A stretch of 64,000 nucleotides of DNA from Dehalococcoidia bacterium (GTDB taxonomy: Bacteria; Chloroflexota; Dehalococcoidia; SM23-28-2; RBG-16-64-32). This document shows positions 31,961-42,488 of the stretch, in pieces (the first letter of the stretch is position 1; the number at the start of each line of letters is the position of its first letter). The notes below the pieces were generated by a model that had not been told where the DNA came from, did not search any database, and worked only from the letters and a program-made list of their open reading frames with translations. Where the stretch lies: NCBI GenBank assembly GCA_963665775.2, contig CAXXTF010000002.1:736001-800000 (forward strand), given 5' to 3'. A program made the position numbers and the translations under genes.

Positions 31961-33643
31961 CTAGCGGCTGATGCTGATGTAACGGAGGTTAGGGATCACA
32001 AATGGCGGCACGACGTAGCCCTCTACGTACGGCTTGATGAGGGCATTGGCCTTGCCGTGGTACAACGGTATCCAGGGAGCATCCTGCACTATGATCGCCT
32101 CCGCCTCCCGATACAGCCGGAACCGCGTCTCCTCGACGGGCTCGGTGCGAGCCTGCTCCAAGAGCTCGTCCACCTGCGGGTTAGAGTAGGCCGTCTCATT
32201 GTTATCGCTCTGAGAGTGGAGCTTGATATCCAGGAAATTCTGCGGGTCCGGATAATCGGCGATCCAGCCCAGGTCGAACATATCGAAGTCGCCCTCGTCC
32301 AGATCCCGCAAGAACAGACCGAAGTCCTCCTGCTGCACCGTTATCGTCACGCCCAGGTTCTGCTCCCACATCAGCAGCAGCGCGTCCACGATGGGCCCTA
32401 GGCTGGCGCCGCGTCCGGAGGTGAGAAGGACCTTATCGTTGAGCAGCTCCGGGCCACCAGCATCATCAAGAAGCTCCAGCGCCCTGTCTGGATCATAGGG
32501 CAGCCCCTCCAGATTCGGATTGTAAGCGGGGATGCCGGGAGGCAGAATACCGTTGGCCGCCACCACCAGCTCCTTCAGAATAGTGTCGGCCAGAAACTCC
32601 TTATCGATGGCCATCGCCAGCGCCTGCCGCACCCGCCGGTCGTTGAAGGGTGGCTCCTGCGTATTGAAGCCGATATAGAAGGTGTCCATAGACTCCACCT
32701 CCACGAACTCCGCGTTCAGGGGGTCGTTGAGGTCACGAATGCGCTCGATATCGTTGACCCCGACGCCGGTGAGGTCGATCTCATCGGTTTCGTACATGAT
32801 GAGAGCGGAGCCCCCGGCCAGAATGTAGGTCACCTTGGCCAGAGACGGCATCGGGTCCAGGTAGTAGCGGCTGTTCGCTTCCAGCTCGATCCGCTGTCCC
32901 AGCGACCACTCCGCGAGCCTGAAGGGACCGGTGCCGTTCGGCCGCAGCGTCCAGTTCGCCCCCGAAAAGCAGGTGGAGTCGCCCACCTCACGCTGGTCCA
33001 CAACGAAGCCGGTGGGATAGCTGAGCTTGGCCAGGAAGTAGCTCTTGGGCGCGTCGATCGTGATCTCCAGGGTATTGTCGTCGATCACCCGGATGCCGGT
33101 GACCTCATTCGCCTCGCCGCTGACGAACGCCCGGGCGCCCACGATATCGTCCAGGTAGACCTCGCCCACCGTAGACTGGGTACGCGGGTTCAGGGCCCGC
33201 TCCATGGAGAACTTGAAGTCGGACGCCGTGACCCGCCGCGAGCCGTCGTGGAACTGGACGTTAGTGCGAAGGTGGAACGTATACACCGTGCCGTCGTCGC
33301 TGATATCCCAGCCACTAGCGATGTCCGGGATCAAGTTCAGCTCCCTGTCGAACGAGACCAGGCCGGAGAAGACCTCGACTATGTACTCCGCGGAGCCGGC
33401 GTCAGAAGCGCAGGCCGGGTCCAGGGTGATCGGGTCCGGCCCGAACAGCCGTAGCTCGCCCTCCACCCGATCGGGCAGAGGAGTGCTCCCAGCGGCGGGC
33501 GACGCCCCGGGCGAGGAGTCGCTACCGCTGCTTCCGTCATCGTCGCCCCCTCCAAGCAGGAGGACCGCGGAGAAGCCGCCGATGACGACGATAAGGGCGA
33601 CAGCGACGCCCGTAAGGACTAGGACGAGCTTACGTGATTCCAT
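31961..33643 (-). CDS. Family 5 ABC substrate-binding protein (OppA-like), N-terminally TM-anchored
   Basis: YTFHLR, NGTGPF, VRQALAMAIDK, WIADYPDP. Confidence 0.92.
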   Translation of the reverse strand: MESRKLVLVLTGVAVALIVVIGGFSAVLLLGGGDDDGSSGSDSSPGASPAAGSTPLPDRVEGELRLFGPDPITLDPACASDAGSAEYIVEVFSGLVSFDRELNLIPDIASGWDISDDGTVYTFHLRTNVQFHDGSRRVTASDFKFSMERALNPRTQSTVGEVYLDDIVGARAFVSGEANEVTGIRVIDDNTLEITIDAPKSYFLAKLSYPTGFVVDQREVGDSTCFSGANWTLRPNGTGPFRLAEWSLGQRIELEANSRYYLDPMPSLAKVTYILAGGSALIMYETDEIDLTGVGVNDIERIRDLNDPLNAEFVEVESMDTFYIGFNTQEPPFNDRRVRQALAMAIDKEFLADTILKELVVAANGILPPGIPAYNPNLEGLPYDPDRALELLDDAGGPELLNDKVLLTSGRGASLGPIVDALLLMWEQNLGVTITVQQEDFGLFLRDLDEGDFDMFDLGWIADYPDPQNFLDIKLHSQSDNNETAYSNPQVDELLEQARTEPVEETRFRLYREAEAIIVQDAPWIPLYHGKANALIKPYVEGYVVPPFVIPNLRYISISR

Positions 33644-33743
33644 ACTGCCTCTCTCTGGAGGGCGGGCGCGCTGGCGACACGCTTACCTAGCATCTTATCA
33701 GCGGCGAAACACCAGGTTCAAGCCACGAGCCACCGCTGGGCTA

Positions 33744-35552
33744 TCACGGCTCCTCCTCCGTATCTGTTACGGCCAGGTGAAGCTCGGCCAGTTGCTCGGG
33801 CGCGACCGGCGCCGGAGCGCCCATCAGGGGATCCACGGCGCTCTTGGTCTTGGGGAAGGCGATCACCTCACGAATATCGGACTGGCGCGTCAGGACCGCC
33901 ATCAGCCGGTCGATGCCGGCCCCGATGCCCGCGTGGGGCGGCGCCCCGTACTCGAACGCCTCCAGCATGTGCCCAAAGCGGCGGCGGACCTCCTCCGGCC
34001 CGATGCCCAGCCGCTCGAACACCTTCTCCTGCACCTCCCGCCGGTGGATACGGATCGACCCGCTGAACAGCTCCCAGCCGTTGCACACGAGGTCGTAGGC
34101 ATGGGAGCGGACGCGGCCCGGATCCGTGTCTATGAGAGGAAGATCCTCCTCCCGCGGCAAGGTGAAAGGATGATGGGAAGAGACCCACCGGCCCTCCGTC
34201 TCGCTCCACTGGAACTGTGGGTACTGGACCACGAAGGCGAAGGCCAGGGTATCGGGGTCCGCCAGATGGAGCTGGTCGCCCAGTTCCCGGCGGAGGGCGT
34301 CCAGGGCGCGGTTGGCCACCGCCGCCTGGTCGGCCACCATCAGAAACATGTCGCCCCGGCCGGCCCCGGCCAGGCGAGCCATCTCCTTCGCCTGCTCTAG
34401 CGTGAAGTACTTGGCCAGGGGCGAGCGGATATCCTCTTGGGAGAGGGAGTCCAGACCACCATCCCCCAGGAGAGCCAGAGAGACCAGCCCCTTGGCGCCG
34501 TACTGCTGGACGAATTTCGTCAAGTCGTCAGTCTGCTTGCGGCTGAAGGCAGCGCCTCCCGGAACGCAGATCGCCCGCACCACGCCGCCGCCGCCGATGC
34601 TCTGTCGGAAGATGGCGAACTCGCTCTGCCGGAGCACCTCGGTGAAATCCACCAGCTCCAGACCGAAGCGGAGATCCGGCTTGTCCGTACCGAAGCGCCG
34701 CACCGCCTCCTCATAGGTCAGGCGCGGAAAGGGATAAGTCTGCACCGTGAACTCCGGCCTGACCGCCTGCACTAGCCGGCGGTACATCTCCTCCATGAGC
34801 CCCAGGATGTCCTCTTCGTCGGACACGAAGCTCAGCTCCAGGTCCAGCTGCGTGTGCTCCGGCTGTCGGTCCGCCCGCAGGTCCTCGTCACGCAGGCAGC
34901 GGGCGATCTGGAAGTAGCGCTCGAATCCGGCCACCATCAGCAGCTGCTTCATCTGCTGCGGTGACTGGGGCAAAGCGTAGAAGTGGCCCGGGTGCACGCG
35001 GCTGGGCACCAGGTAGTCGCGGGCTCCCTCGGGAGTCGGAGCCGTGAGAATCGGTGTCTCGATCTCCGTGAAGCCGCGCTCCGTGAGGAAATCGCGGATG
35101 AACTTCACCACCTTGGCGCGGAGAACCAGGTTCCGGTGAATCGTCTCGCGCCGAAGGTCCAGATAGCGATACTTAAGGCGCAGAAGCTCGTCCACCTCCG
35201 TCTCTTCGGCGATATAGAACGGCGGGGTCTTCGCCGAGTTCAGGATCTGGGCGGCCAGAGCCTTGACCTCGATCTGGCCCGTCGGGAGCTGGTCGTTCTC
35301 CGTGCCCTTGGGACGCCGCGACACAGCACCCCGCACCTGCAGCACGTACTCTCCCCGCACCGAGTCGGCCACGGCGTAGGCCTCCGCCGCCTCCTTCGGG
35401 TTGAACACCACCTGGGCGACGCCGTCGTGGTCGCGCAGGTCGATGAAGATAAGCCCTCCGTGGTCACGCCGGCGGTGGACCCAACCGGCCAGCGTCACCT
35501 CCTGCCCCTCGTAACTGGTGCGCAGTTCACCGCAGGAATGAGTCTTGAGCAT
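33744..35552 (-). CDS. aspS: Aspartate--tRNA ligase
   Basis: HSCGELR, RRDHGGLIFIDLRD, LPQSPQ, RDEDLRADRQPE, GAPPHAG. Confidence 0.97.
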   Translation of the reverse strand: MLKTHSCGELRTSYEGQEVTLAGWVHRRRDHGGLIFIDLRDHDGVAQVVFNPKEAAEAYAVADSVRGEYVLQVRGAVSRRPKGTENDQLPTGQIEVKALAAQILNSAKTPPFYIAEETEVDELLRLKYRYLDLRRETIHRNLVLRAKVVKFIRDFLTERGFTEIETPILTAPTPEGARDYLVPSRVHPGHFYALPQSPQQMKQLLMVAGFERYFQIARCLRDEDLRADRQPEHTQLDLELSFVSDEEDILGLMEEMYRRLVQAVRPEFTVQTYPFPRLTYEEAVRRFGTDKPDLRFGLELVDFTEVLRQSEFAIFRQSIGGGGVVRAICVPGGAAFSRKQTDDLTKFVQQYGAKGLVSLALLGDGGLDSLSQEDIRSPLAKYFTLEQAKEMARLAGAGRGDMFLMVADQAAVANRALDALRRELGDQLHLADPDTLAFAFVVQYPQFQWSETEGRWVSSHHPFTLPREEDLPLIDTDPGRVRSHAYDLVCNGWELFSGSIRIHRREVQEKVFERLGIGPEEVRRRFGHMLEAFEYGAPPHAGIGAGIDRLMAVLTRQSDIREVIAFPKTKSAVDPLMGAPAPVAPEQLAELHLAVTDTEEEP

Positions 35553-35638
35553 GGCAAGGCGAGTGTCGCACGCGTCGGGGCGGAGCGTCAACGAGCCGCA
35601 GGTGGAGGGCGGAACCTGAAACCTGCTATTATGCCCTC

Positions 35639-36883
35639 ATGAAGCCTGACCCCCTGAGCCTCTACCTCCACATCCCTTTCTGCTCCCTGAAGTGCCGCTA
35701 TTGCGACTTCAACGCCTACGCCGGGCTGGACAAGCTCGTGCCGCCTTACGTGGACGCCCTCATCGCCGAGATGGGGCTCTGGCGGCAGGCCGTCCGCGGG
35801 CGGCCCGTCCCTACCGTCTTCTTCGGCGGCGGCACCCCCAGCCTGCTGCCCCTTCCCGAACTCGAGCGCATCATCGCGGCCTTGCGAGACAGCTTCGACC
35901 TCGACCCGGAGGCGGAGCTGACCCTGGAAGCGAACCCCGGCACCGTCGACCTCCCCTACCTCCAGAGGCTGCTGAGCCTCGGTGTGAACCGCCTGAGCCT
36001 GGGCGTCCAGTCCTTCCACGACGACGAGCTGGCGGCCCTCGACCGCATCCACTCGGCCCAGGATGCGAAGGACGCCTATCTGTGGGCCCGCCAGGCCGGA
36101 TTCCACCGCCTCAGCCTCGACCTCATCTATGGCCTGTCCCAGCAGCCCCAGGAGCGCTGGCAGGCCACCCTGGAGCAGGCGATCGAACTGGCACCCGACC
36201 ACCTGTCGCTCTACGCCCTCACGGTAGAGGAGGGCACCGGGCTCGCCTACGACGTCGATCACGGCCGCGTGCCGTCGCCGGACGCCGATGCCCAGGCCTC
36301 CATGTACGAGTGGTCCGAGGAACGGCTGGCCCGAGCGGGCTACCGCCAGTACGAGATCTCCAACTGGGCGCGGCCCGTCCTGAGCGAAGCCTCTCCTGAG
36401 CGTAGTCGAAGGGCCGAAGGGCCGGGACAGGAGTGCCAACACAACCTCGTCTACTGGCGGAACGGCGACTGGCTGGGGCTGGGCGCCGGCGCCCACTCCC
36501 ACCTCGACGGCATCCGCTTCGCGGACGTGTACTCGCCCCGGCAGTATATACGTCGCCTGCAGCAGACCGCCGAGCGCGGCCTGCCCGAGGGCGGCGGCAC
36601 CTACGCCCTGCTGAAGGCGATGGGGCAGGTGACCTACCTGGAGGAGGGCTCGCCGGAGATGGCGATGGCGGATACCGCCATCCTGGCCCTCCGGCTGAAC
36701 GAAGGATTGAACCCAGCCCACTTCAGCGCTCGCTTCGGCCGGACTCTGGAAGAGGTGTACGGGCCGACTCTCGCCGAGCTGACCACCCTAGGGCTCATCG
36801 AGAGCACCGACTCTCGCCTCCGCCTGACCCCTCGCGGCCGCCTCCTGGCCAACGAGGTGTTCGTCTGCCTGCTACCGGACTAG
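35639..36883 (+). CDS. hemW: Radical SAM heme chaperone HemW with a 16-aa repeat-derived insert
   Basis: [35 protein letters not shown]. Confidence 0.92.
   Translation: [414 protein letters not shown]
36374..36421 (+). repeat. Two nested 24-bp mini-hairpin repeats, in frame in hemW
   Basis: CCCGTCCTGAGCGAAGCC[TCTCCTGAGCGTAGTCGAAGG]GCCGAAGGG. Confidence 0.85.
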
Positions 36884-37920
36884 CCGCCAGCCAGCCCCTG
36901 CGCCCGCTTTGCTGCCGCCAGCAGGGCCGCGATGTCGGGGCCAGGCGCCTGCGGGCCAAGGCCGTGAGGGTCTTCCGCGAACGGGTTCCCCAGCAGCGTG
37001 TCGATGCAGGCCCGCACCGACCAGGCCAGCGCCGTATGGTCGTAGCCACCCTCCAGGGCATAGACGACCCGCCCCTCGCATGCCTCGTCGGCCAGCTCCC
37101 GCAGCGTGGAGGCGATCCCGTAGTAGCCGCGGACGCTGAGCAGCATCCCGGCCAGCGGATCGGCGAAGTGGGCATCGAACCCGGCCGACACCAGCAGGAG
37201 CTGCGGGCCAAAGCGCCGCACCACGGGCGCGCACACCTCCCGGTAGACGCGCAGGTACTCCTCGTCGCCGCAGCCACCGGGCAGCGGCAGGTTCAGCGTC
37301 GCGCCCAGGCCTGCACCCTCACCCGCCTCGCTCCCCGCCCCTGTTCCGGGATAGTGAGGATACTGGTGGGTGGAGACGTAGAGGACCTGTGGGTCGGCGT
37401 AGAAGGCGTCCTGCGTGCCGTTCCCGTGATGGACATCGAAGTCGACGATCGCCACCCGCTTCAGCCCGCGCCCTTCGATGGCGTGCGCGGCCGCGATGGC
37501 CACATTGTTGAACAGACAGAATCCCATGGACCGACCGGGTCCGGCGTGGTGCCCCGGCGGCCTCACCAGGCAGAACGCCGACCGTACGGCACCGTCCAGC
37601 ACACCGTCCACCGCGGCCACCACACCACCAGCGGCACGGACGGCAGCGTCATAGGAGCGATCGCCGACGTACGTGTCCGGGTCCAGCCAGCCATCGCCCC
37701 CCTTCGCTAGGCGGCGCACGCGGTCTATCACCTCGGTAGCGTGCACGCGCTGGATCTCGGCGACGGTGGCGTCTCGCGGCTGCACCGCGACCATCTGCGC
37801 CAGCACCCCAGACTCCTCCAGGTGCGACATGATCGCCTGGAGCCGGGACGGCGTCTCCGGATGCCCCGCGACGCCGTGCTCCAGGTAGAGGGAGTCGTAC
37901 ACGTAGCCCACCGCTGGCAT
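36880..37920 (-). CDS. Histone deacetylase-family protein deacylase
   Basis: HPE, RPPGHHA, GFCLFNN, DFDVHHGNGTQ, SAGFD, LEGGY. Confidence 0.93.
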   Translation of the reverse strand: MPAVGYVYDSLYLEHGVAGHPETPSRLQAIMSHLEESGVLAQMVAVQPRDATVAEIQRVHATEVIDRVRRLAKGGDGWLDPDTYVGDRSYDAAVRAAGGVVAAVDGVLDGAVRSAFCLVRPPGHHAGPGRSMGFCLFNNVAIAAAHAIEGRGLKRVAIVDFDVHHGNGTQDAFYADPQVLYVSTHQYPHYPGTGAGSEAGEGAGLGATLNLPLPGGCGDEEYLRVYREVCAPVVRRFGPQLLLVSAGFDAHFADPLAGMLLSVRGYYGIASTLRELADEACEGRVVYALEGGYDHTALAWSVRACIDTLLGNPFAEDPHGLGPQAPGPDIAALLAAAKRAQGLAGG

Positions 37921-37973
37921 GCTGAACGCATGTTACCAAACGGCCGAGCGCCAGTGCTAGAATCGAAGCAGTC

Positions 37974-39842
37974 ATGTACACCATCGGCACCGCTGGCCAC
38001 GTCGACCACGGCAAGTCGGCCCTGGTCCAGGCCCTCACCGGCATCGACCCCGACCGCCTGCGCGAGGAGAAGGAGCGCGGCCTCACCATCGACCTCGGCT
38101 TCGCCTGGCTCAAGCTCCCCGGCGGCCAGGAGATCAGCATCGTGGACGTGCCCGGCCACGAGCGCTTCATCAAGAACATGCTGGCCGGCGTGGGCGGTAT
38201 CGACCTCGCCCTCCTGGTCATCGCTGCCGACGAGGCGGTCATGCCCCAGACCCGCGAGCACCTGGCGATCATCGACCTGCTGGACATCTCGCACGGCGTA
38301 GTCGCCGTCACCAAGTCGGACCTGGTCGAGCCCGACTTCCTTGAGCTGGTGAAGGCCGACGCCGAGGAGCTGCTACGGGGCACCGCCCTCGAGGGCGCGC
38401 CCGTCGTCACCTGCTCCGCCCTGAAGCGACAGGGGCTGGACGAGCTCCTCGCCACCGTCGAGCGCGAGCTGGCCAAGACCCCCCCCAAGAAGGACATCGG
38501 TCGGCCGCGCCTCCCCATCGACCGGGCCTTCACCATCGCCGGCTTCGGCACCGTAGTCACCGGCACCCTCATCGACGGCGCCCTCCGGCTGGGCCAGGAC
38601 GTAGAGATCGTGCCGGGCGGTCTACGCTCGCGGGCCCGCGGGCTCCAGGCCCACGAGCAGGCGCTGGAGGTGGCGTCGCCCGGTCGCCGCACGGCGCTGA
38701 ACCTGGCCGGCCTCTCGCTGGAACAGCTTCACCGAGGGATGGTGGCTACCACCCCAGGTTGGCTAGAGCCCACCACCGCCGTGGATGTGCGGCTGCGGGC
38801 CGTCCGCTACCTGGGCCGCCCCATCCGCCACAACCTATCGGTGACCTTCCACACCGGCTCGGCCGAGGTCGAGGGCCGCATTCTACTCTTGGACAACGAT
38901 GCCCTCTCGCCCGGCGAGCTGGCCTGGGCCCAGATCCGCCTCAGCGAGCCGGTAGCGACCGTGAAAGGCGATCGCTTCATCGTCCGCGACCCCAACGACA
39001 CCCTCGGCGGCGGCCGCATCGTCGACACCCACGTGCGGCGGCACCGCCGCTTCCATCAGCCCACCCTGGACGCCCTCGAAACCCTGGAACGGGGCTCGCC
39101 GGAGGAGCTGGTACGGGTCGCCATCGCTCGCGCTGAGCCGGTCGAGCTGCGGGAGGCGCTCCGTCGCCTGGAGCTGGAGCCGGACGAGGCACGGGCGGCG
39201 ATCGAGAGGCTGGTCGCGGACGGGGAGCTACTGCTGCTTGACGGCGCCCCGCCCACCGACCCATCCCTCCTGTGTACGGCGGACGGCTTTCAGGCGCTAA
39301 CGGAGCGACTACAGGACATCCTGGCCGCCTACCACCGTCAGTTCCCTCTCCGCCGCGGGATCCCTCGAGAGGAGCTGCGCAGCCGACTGCGCCTGGAACC
39401 ACGCCCCTTCGACCAGGCCCTGGCCCTCTGCACCCGCCGCGGCCAGGCGAACGAGGTCGCCGGAGCCGTTGCCCTGCCGGGCCACGAGCCGCGCCCCAAT
39501 CCGGAGCAGGATGCACGGGCGCAAGCGTTCCTCCTCTCCCTGGGAACGCAACCCTTCGCCCCGCCCACGGACAACCCGCCGGAGGAAGCGATCGTGGCCT
39601 ACCTGGAAGACCGGGGCGACATCGTCCGTGTCGGCGACGGCATAACCTTCGCCGCCGAAGCCTACCGCCAGATGGTGGAGCGCATCGTCGCCCACCTGCG
39701 ACAGCGGCAGACGATAACCCTGGCCCAGGTGCGAGACATGTTCGGCACCAGCCGCAAGTACGCCCAGGCCATCCTGGAGCACATGGACGACCAGCGGGTT
39801 ACCCGCCGCCAGGGAGACGAGCGGGTGCTGCGCCGGGGATAA
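37974..39842 (+). CDS. selB: Selenocysteine-specific elongation factor SelB
   Basis: GTAGHVDHGKS, EEKERGLTIDLGF, DVPGHERF, C-terminal winged helix TSRKYA. Confidence 0.96.
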   Translation: MYTIGTAGHVDHGKSALVQALTGIDPDRLREEKERGLTIDLGFAWLKLPGGQEISIVDVPGHERFIKNMLAGVGGIDLALLVIAADEAVMPQTREHLAIIDLLDISHGVVAVTKSDLVEPDFLELVKADAEELLRGTALEGAPVVTCSALKRQGLDELLATVERELAKTPPKKDIGRPRLPIDRAFTIAGFGTVVTGTLIDGALRLGQDVEIVPGGLRSRARGLQAHEQALEVASPGRRTALNLAGLSLEQLHRGMVATTPGWLEPTTAVDVRLRAVRYLGRPIRHNLSVTFHTGSAEVEGRILLLDNDALSPGELAWAQIRLSEPVATVKGDRFIVRDPNDTLGGGRIVDTHVRRHRRFHQPTLDALETLERGSPEELVRVAIARAEPVELREALRRLELEPDEARAAIERLVADGELLLLDGAPPTDPSLLCTADGFQALTERLQDILAAYHRQFPLRRGIPREELRSRLRLEPRPFDQALALCTRRGQANEVAGAVALPGHEPRPNPEQDARAQAFLLSLGTQPFAPPTDNPPEEAIVAYLEDRGDIVRVGDGITFAAEAYRQMVERIVAHLRQRQTITLAQVRDMFGTSRKYAQAILEHMDDQRVTRRQGDERVLRRG

Positions 39843-39851
39843 GCGCCCCGC

Positions 39852-42482
39852 CTAGCCGACCTCCCGCCCTTGCACCTCCGTCGGCACCGGCCGCCCCGGC
39901 AGGATGCGCCTGTATAGCCGTCCCAGCTCCCCTTCCTCCCACACGATCAGGAGCTGGCTGGCGATGAAGATGGAGCTGTAGGTCCCGGCGATCACGCCCA
40001 GCAGCATCACCACCAGCAACGCGTCTATCCCGGCCCCCCCTATCATCAGCAGCGATACGATCGTGAACACGAGGGTCACCGACGTGTTCAAGGAGCGACC
40101 CAGCGTCTCCGTCAGGCTGGCATTCACCACCTCGGCGAACGGCACATCCGGGTGCTGACTTACGTTCTCCCTGATCCGATCGAAGACGACGATCGTGTCA
40201 TGGACGCTGAAGCCGATGATCGTCAGGACACCGGTGATGAACATCGTGTTCACCTCGGTGCCCAGCAGCTTCCCGAAAATCGAGAAAGCGCCCACGATGA
40301 ACAGAGCGTCGTGCATGGCGGCGACGATAGCCGCCACCCCGTACCGGTAGGACTTGGGCACGTTACGGAACGAATAAGTTATGTAAAGGAGGATAGCGAC
40401 AGAGGCGGCCGCCACGGCGATCGCGGCATCGCGCCCGATCTCCCGCGATACGATCTCGGAAACCGAGTTGAAGTTCTGGAACGAGTCCGTGACCTCACCG
40501 TTGAGGTTGACCAGCGGGCCGAACCTACCGATAAGGGCCTCCCGTATGGTGTCCACTTCCGAAGGAGGGGCGGGCCCCACCGGCGGCCCGACCACACCCG
40601 CCAGCGCCGAGGTGCGAACGATGAACGCGCCGTCACTAGTCCTCTGCACCCTCGCCTCGTCGTGACCCAGGTCGCCCAGGGCATCTCGAACCTCAGCCTG
40701 CGTCACACCAGCGTCCTCATCAAACTGCACCGTGAAGGTGGCGCCACTGCTGAACTCGATCCCAGGCTCCAGGGACGGCGGAATCAAGAGCGAGATCACG
40801 CCCGGTAACAGAACCACCGCCGAGAGGACGAAGTAGAAGCGCCGTCGCTTCACGAAGTCCAGCATGAAGGGGGAGCGGCGACCGCGCCGCAGGCCGCCAT
40901 CGGCGCCCGGACCCGCCGCGGCAGCGGCCGGCGCTGCCTCCGCATCGAGATCAGGGGCGAAGAGCCACAGCCTGCGGGCCGCCGGCGTGCCCACCAGCAG
41001 CCGCAGCAGCGTCCGCGTGACGATGATCGCCGAGAACATGCTGATGATAACGCCGATGCCCAGGGTCAGGGCAAACCCCTTCACCAGGTTGGCCCCGAAC
41101 TGGTCCCCGAACCACCACAGGATAACGCAGATGATCAGCGTGGCGACGTTGCTGGCCCGGATGGAGCTCCAGGCACGATCGAATCCATGCTCGATCGCCC
41201 CCGCCAGGTTGCGACCGGCCCGCAGCTCCTCCTTCATCCGTTCAAAGACGAGAACGTTGGCGTCCACTGCCATCCCGACCGACAGCACCAAGCCGGCGAT
41301 GCCCGCCAGAGTGATCGTCACTGGCCCAATGAGGGGCCCCACCTTGAAGAGCATCATTACGGTGGAGATGTAGGTGATAAGGGCCAGGGAGGCCAGGACA
41401 CCCGGCAACCGATAGTAGACGATCATGAACGCCATAACGGCCAGGATGCCAATGATCCCGGCCTGAACGCTGCGGACCAGGGTGTCCTGGCCCAGCGTAG
41501 CGTCCACCTCCGTACTCTGAATCTCGCGCAGGGGAACAGGAAGAGCGCCCGCGTTGAGCTGAACCCTCAAGCGCCGCGCCTCGTCCAGATCCAGGCCGGT
41601 GATGATCGACTGGCCCGCCGAGATCTGCGCCTGCACTCTGGGGGCGCTGATCAGCTCTTCGTCCAGGAAGATGCCCAGGGGCAAACGCTCGGGGGCCAGC
41701 CGCCCGGTGATCTCCTGGAACAGCAGGCCGCCGTCACCGCTGAACTCGATCCCGACGCACGAGGGAGTCCCCCCGCAGTCCAGCGGATCGGCGGAGACGG
41801 AGGCGTTGGGCCGCAGGAACCGCCCCGTTAGGACCCGCACCTCCCCCTGGCCGTCGGTGCCGGTGGCCGGCTCCCAGAGCACGTCACCGATCTCTCCCTC
41901 GCTGCCAATGCACTGCACCACCCGCTCACCATCGATGCCATCAACGACCCCGTACTGGCTCCCTGACACCGAGAACTGGCTGCCGTCCGGCGCCTGGCAC
42001 ACGATATCGAGATTCTCATCCAGCACCGGCTGGCGAAACTCCAGCAGCGCTATCCTGCCGACCAGCTCACGGGCCTCGTCCGGAGGGATGCCGGGCAGCT
42101 GCACGGCCAGCCGGTCCTTCCCCTCGATGGTGACCTCCGTCTCGGAGACGCCGAAGGCGTTCACCCGCCGCTCGATCACCTCCTTCACCCCCTCCATCGC
42201 CTCGGCGGGGTCGACCCCAGGCGGGATATCGGCCTTCAGCAGAAGGTGGGTGCCACCGTTCAGGTCCAGCCCCAGCCGCATCGCCTGGCGCTCGAAGTCG
42301 CCGGTGTCATCTATGAGACCCAGGGTCACGATCTGGACAACCCCGTTAAGGCCGTTGCCCTCCGGCCAGGACACGAACTCCGGCAGGTAGCGCTTCGGCG
42401 CCGACGGCCACACCACGAAGATGGAGAAAACGGTCAGGGCGGTGATGAGGGCCAGGATCACCAGGTTCCAGCGGTTACGCAT
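39852..42482 (-). CDS. secDF: Fused SecDF translocase subunit
   Basis: LGLDLNGG, IERRVN, AVDANVLVFERMKEE, GIEFSSG, HDTIVVFDRIRE. Confidence 0.93.
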   Translation of the reverse strand: MRNRWNLVILALITALTVFSIFVVWPSAPKRYLPEFVSWPEGNGLNGVVQIVTLGLIDDTGDFERQAMRLGLDLNGGTHLLLKADIPPGVDPAEAMEGVKEVIERRVNAFGVSETEVTIEGKDRLAVQLPGIPPDEARELVGRIALLEFRQPVLDENLDIVCQAPDGSQFSVSGSQYGVVDGIDGERVVQCIGSEGEIGDVLWEPATGTDGQGEVRVLTGRFLRPNASVSADPLDCGGTPSCVGIEFSGDGGLLFQEITGRLAPERLPLGIFLDEELISAPRVQAQISAGQSIITGLDLDEARRLRVQLNAGALPVPLREIQSTEVDATLGQDTLVRSVQAGIIGILAVMAFMIVYYRLPGVLASLALITYISTVMMLFKVGPLIGPVTITLAGIAGLVLSVGMAVDANVLVFERMKEELRAGRNLAGAIEHGFDRAWSSIRASNVATLIICVILWWFGDQFGANLVKGFALTLGIGVIISMFSAIIVTRTLLRLLVGTPAARRLWLFAPDLDAEAAPAAAAAGPGADGGLRRGRRSPFMLDFVKRRRFYFVLSAVVLLPGVISLLIPPSLEPGIEFSSGATFTVQFDEDAGVTQAEVRDALGDLGHDEARVQRTSDGAFIVRTSALAGVVGPPVGPAPPSEVDTIREALIGRFGPLVNLNGEVTDSFQNFNSVSEIVSREIGRDAAIAVAAASVAILLYITYSFRNVPKSYRYGVAAIVAAMHDALFIVGAFSIFGKLLGTEVNTMFITGVLTIIGFSVHDTIVVFDRIRENVSQHPDVPFAEVVNASLTETLGRSLNTSVTLVFTIVSLLMIGGAGIDALLVVMLLGVIAGTYSSIFIASQLLIVWEEGELGRLYRRILPGRPVPTEVQGREVG

Positions 42483-42488
42483 CGGGCC

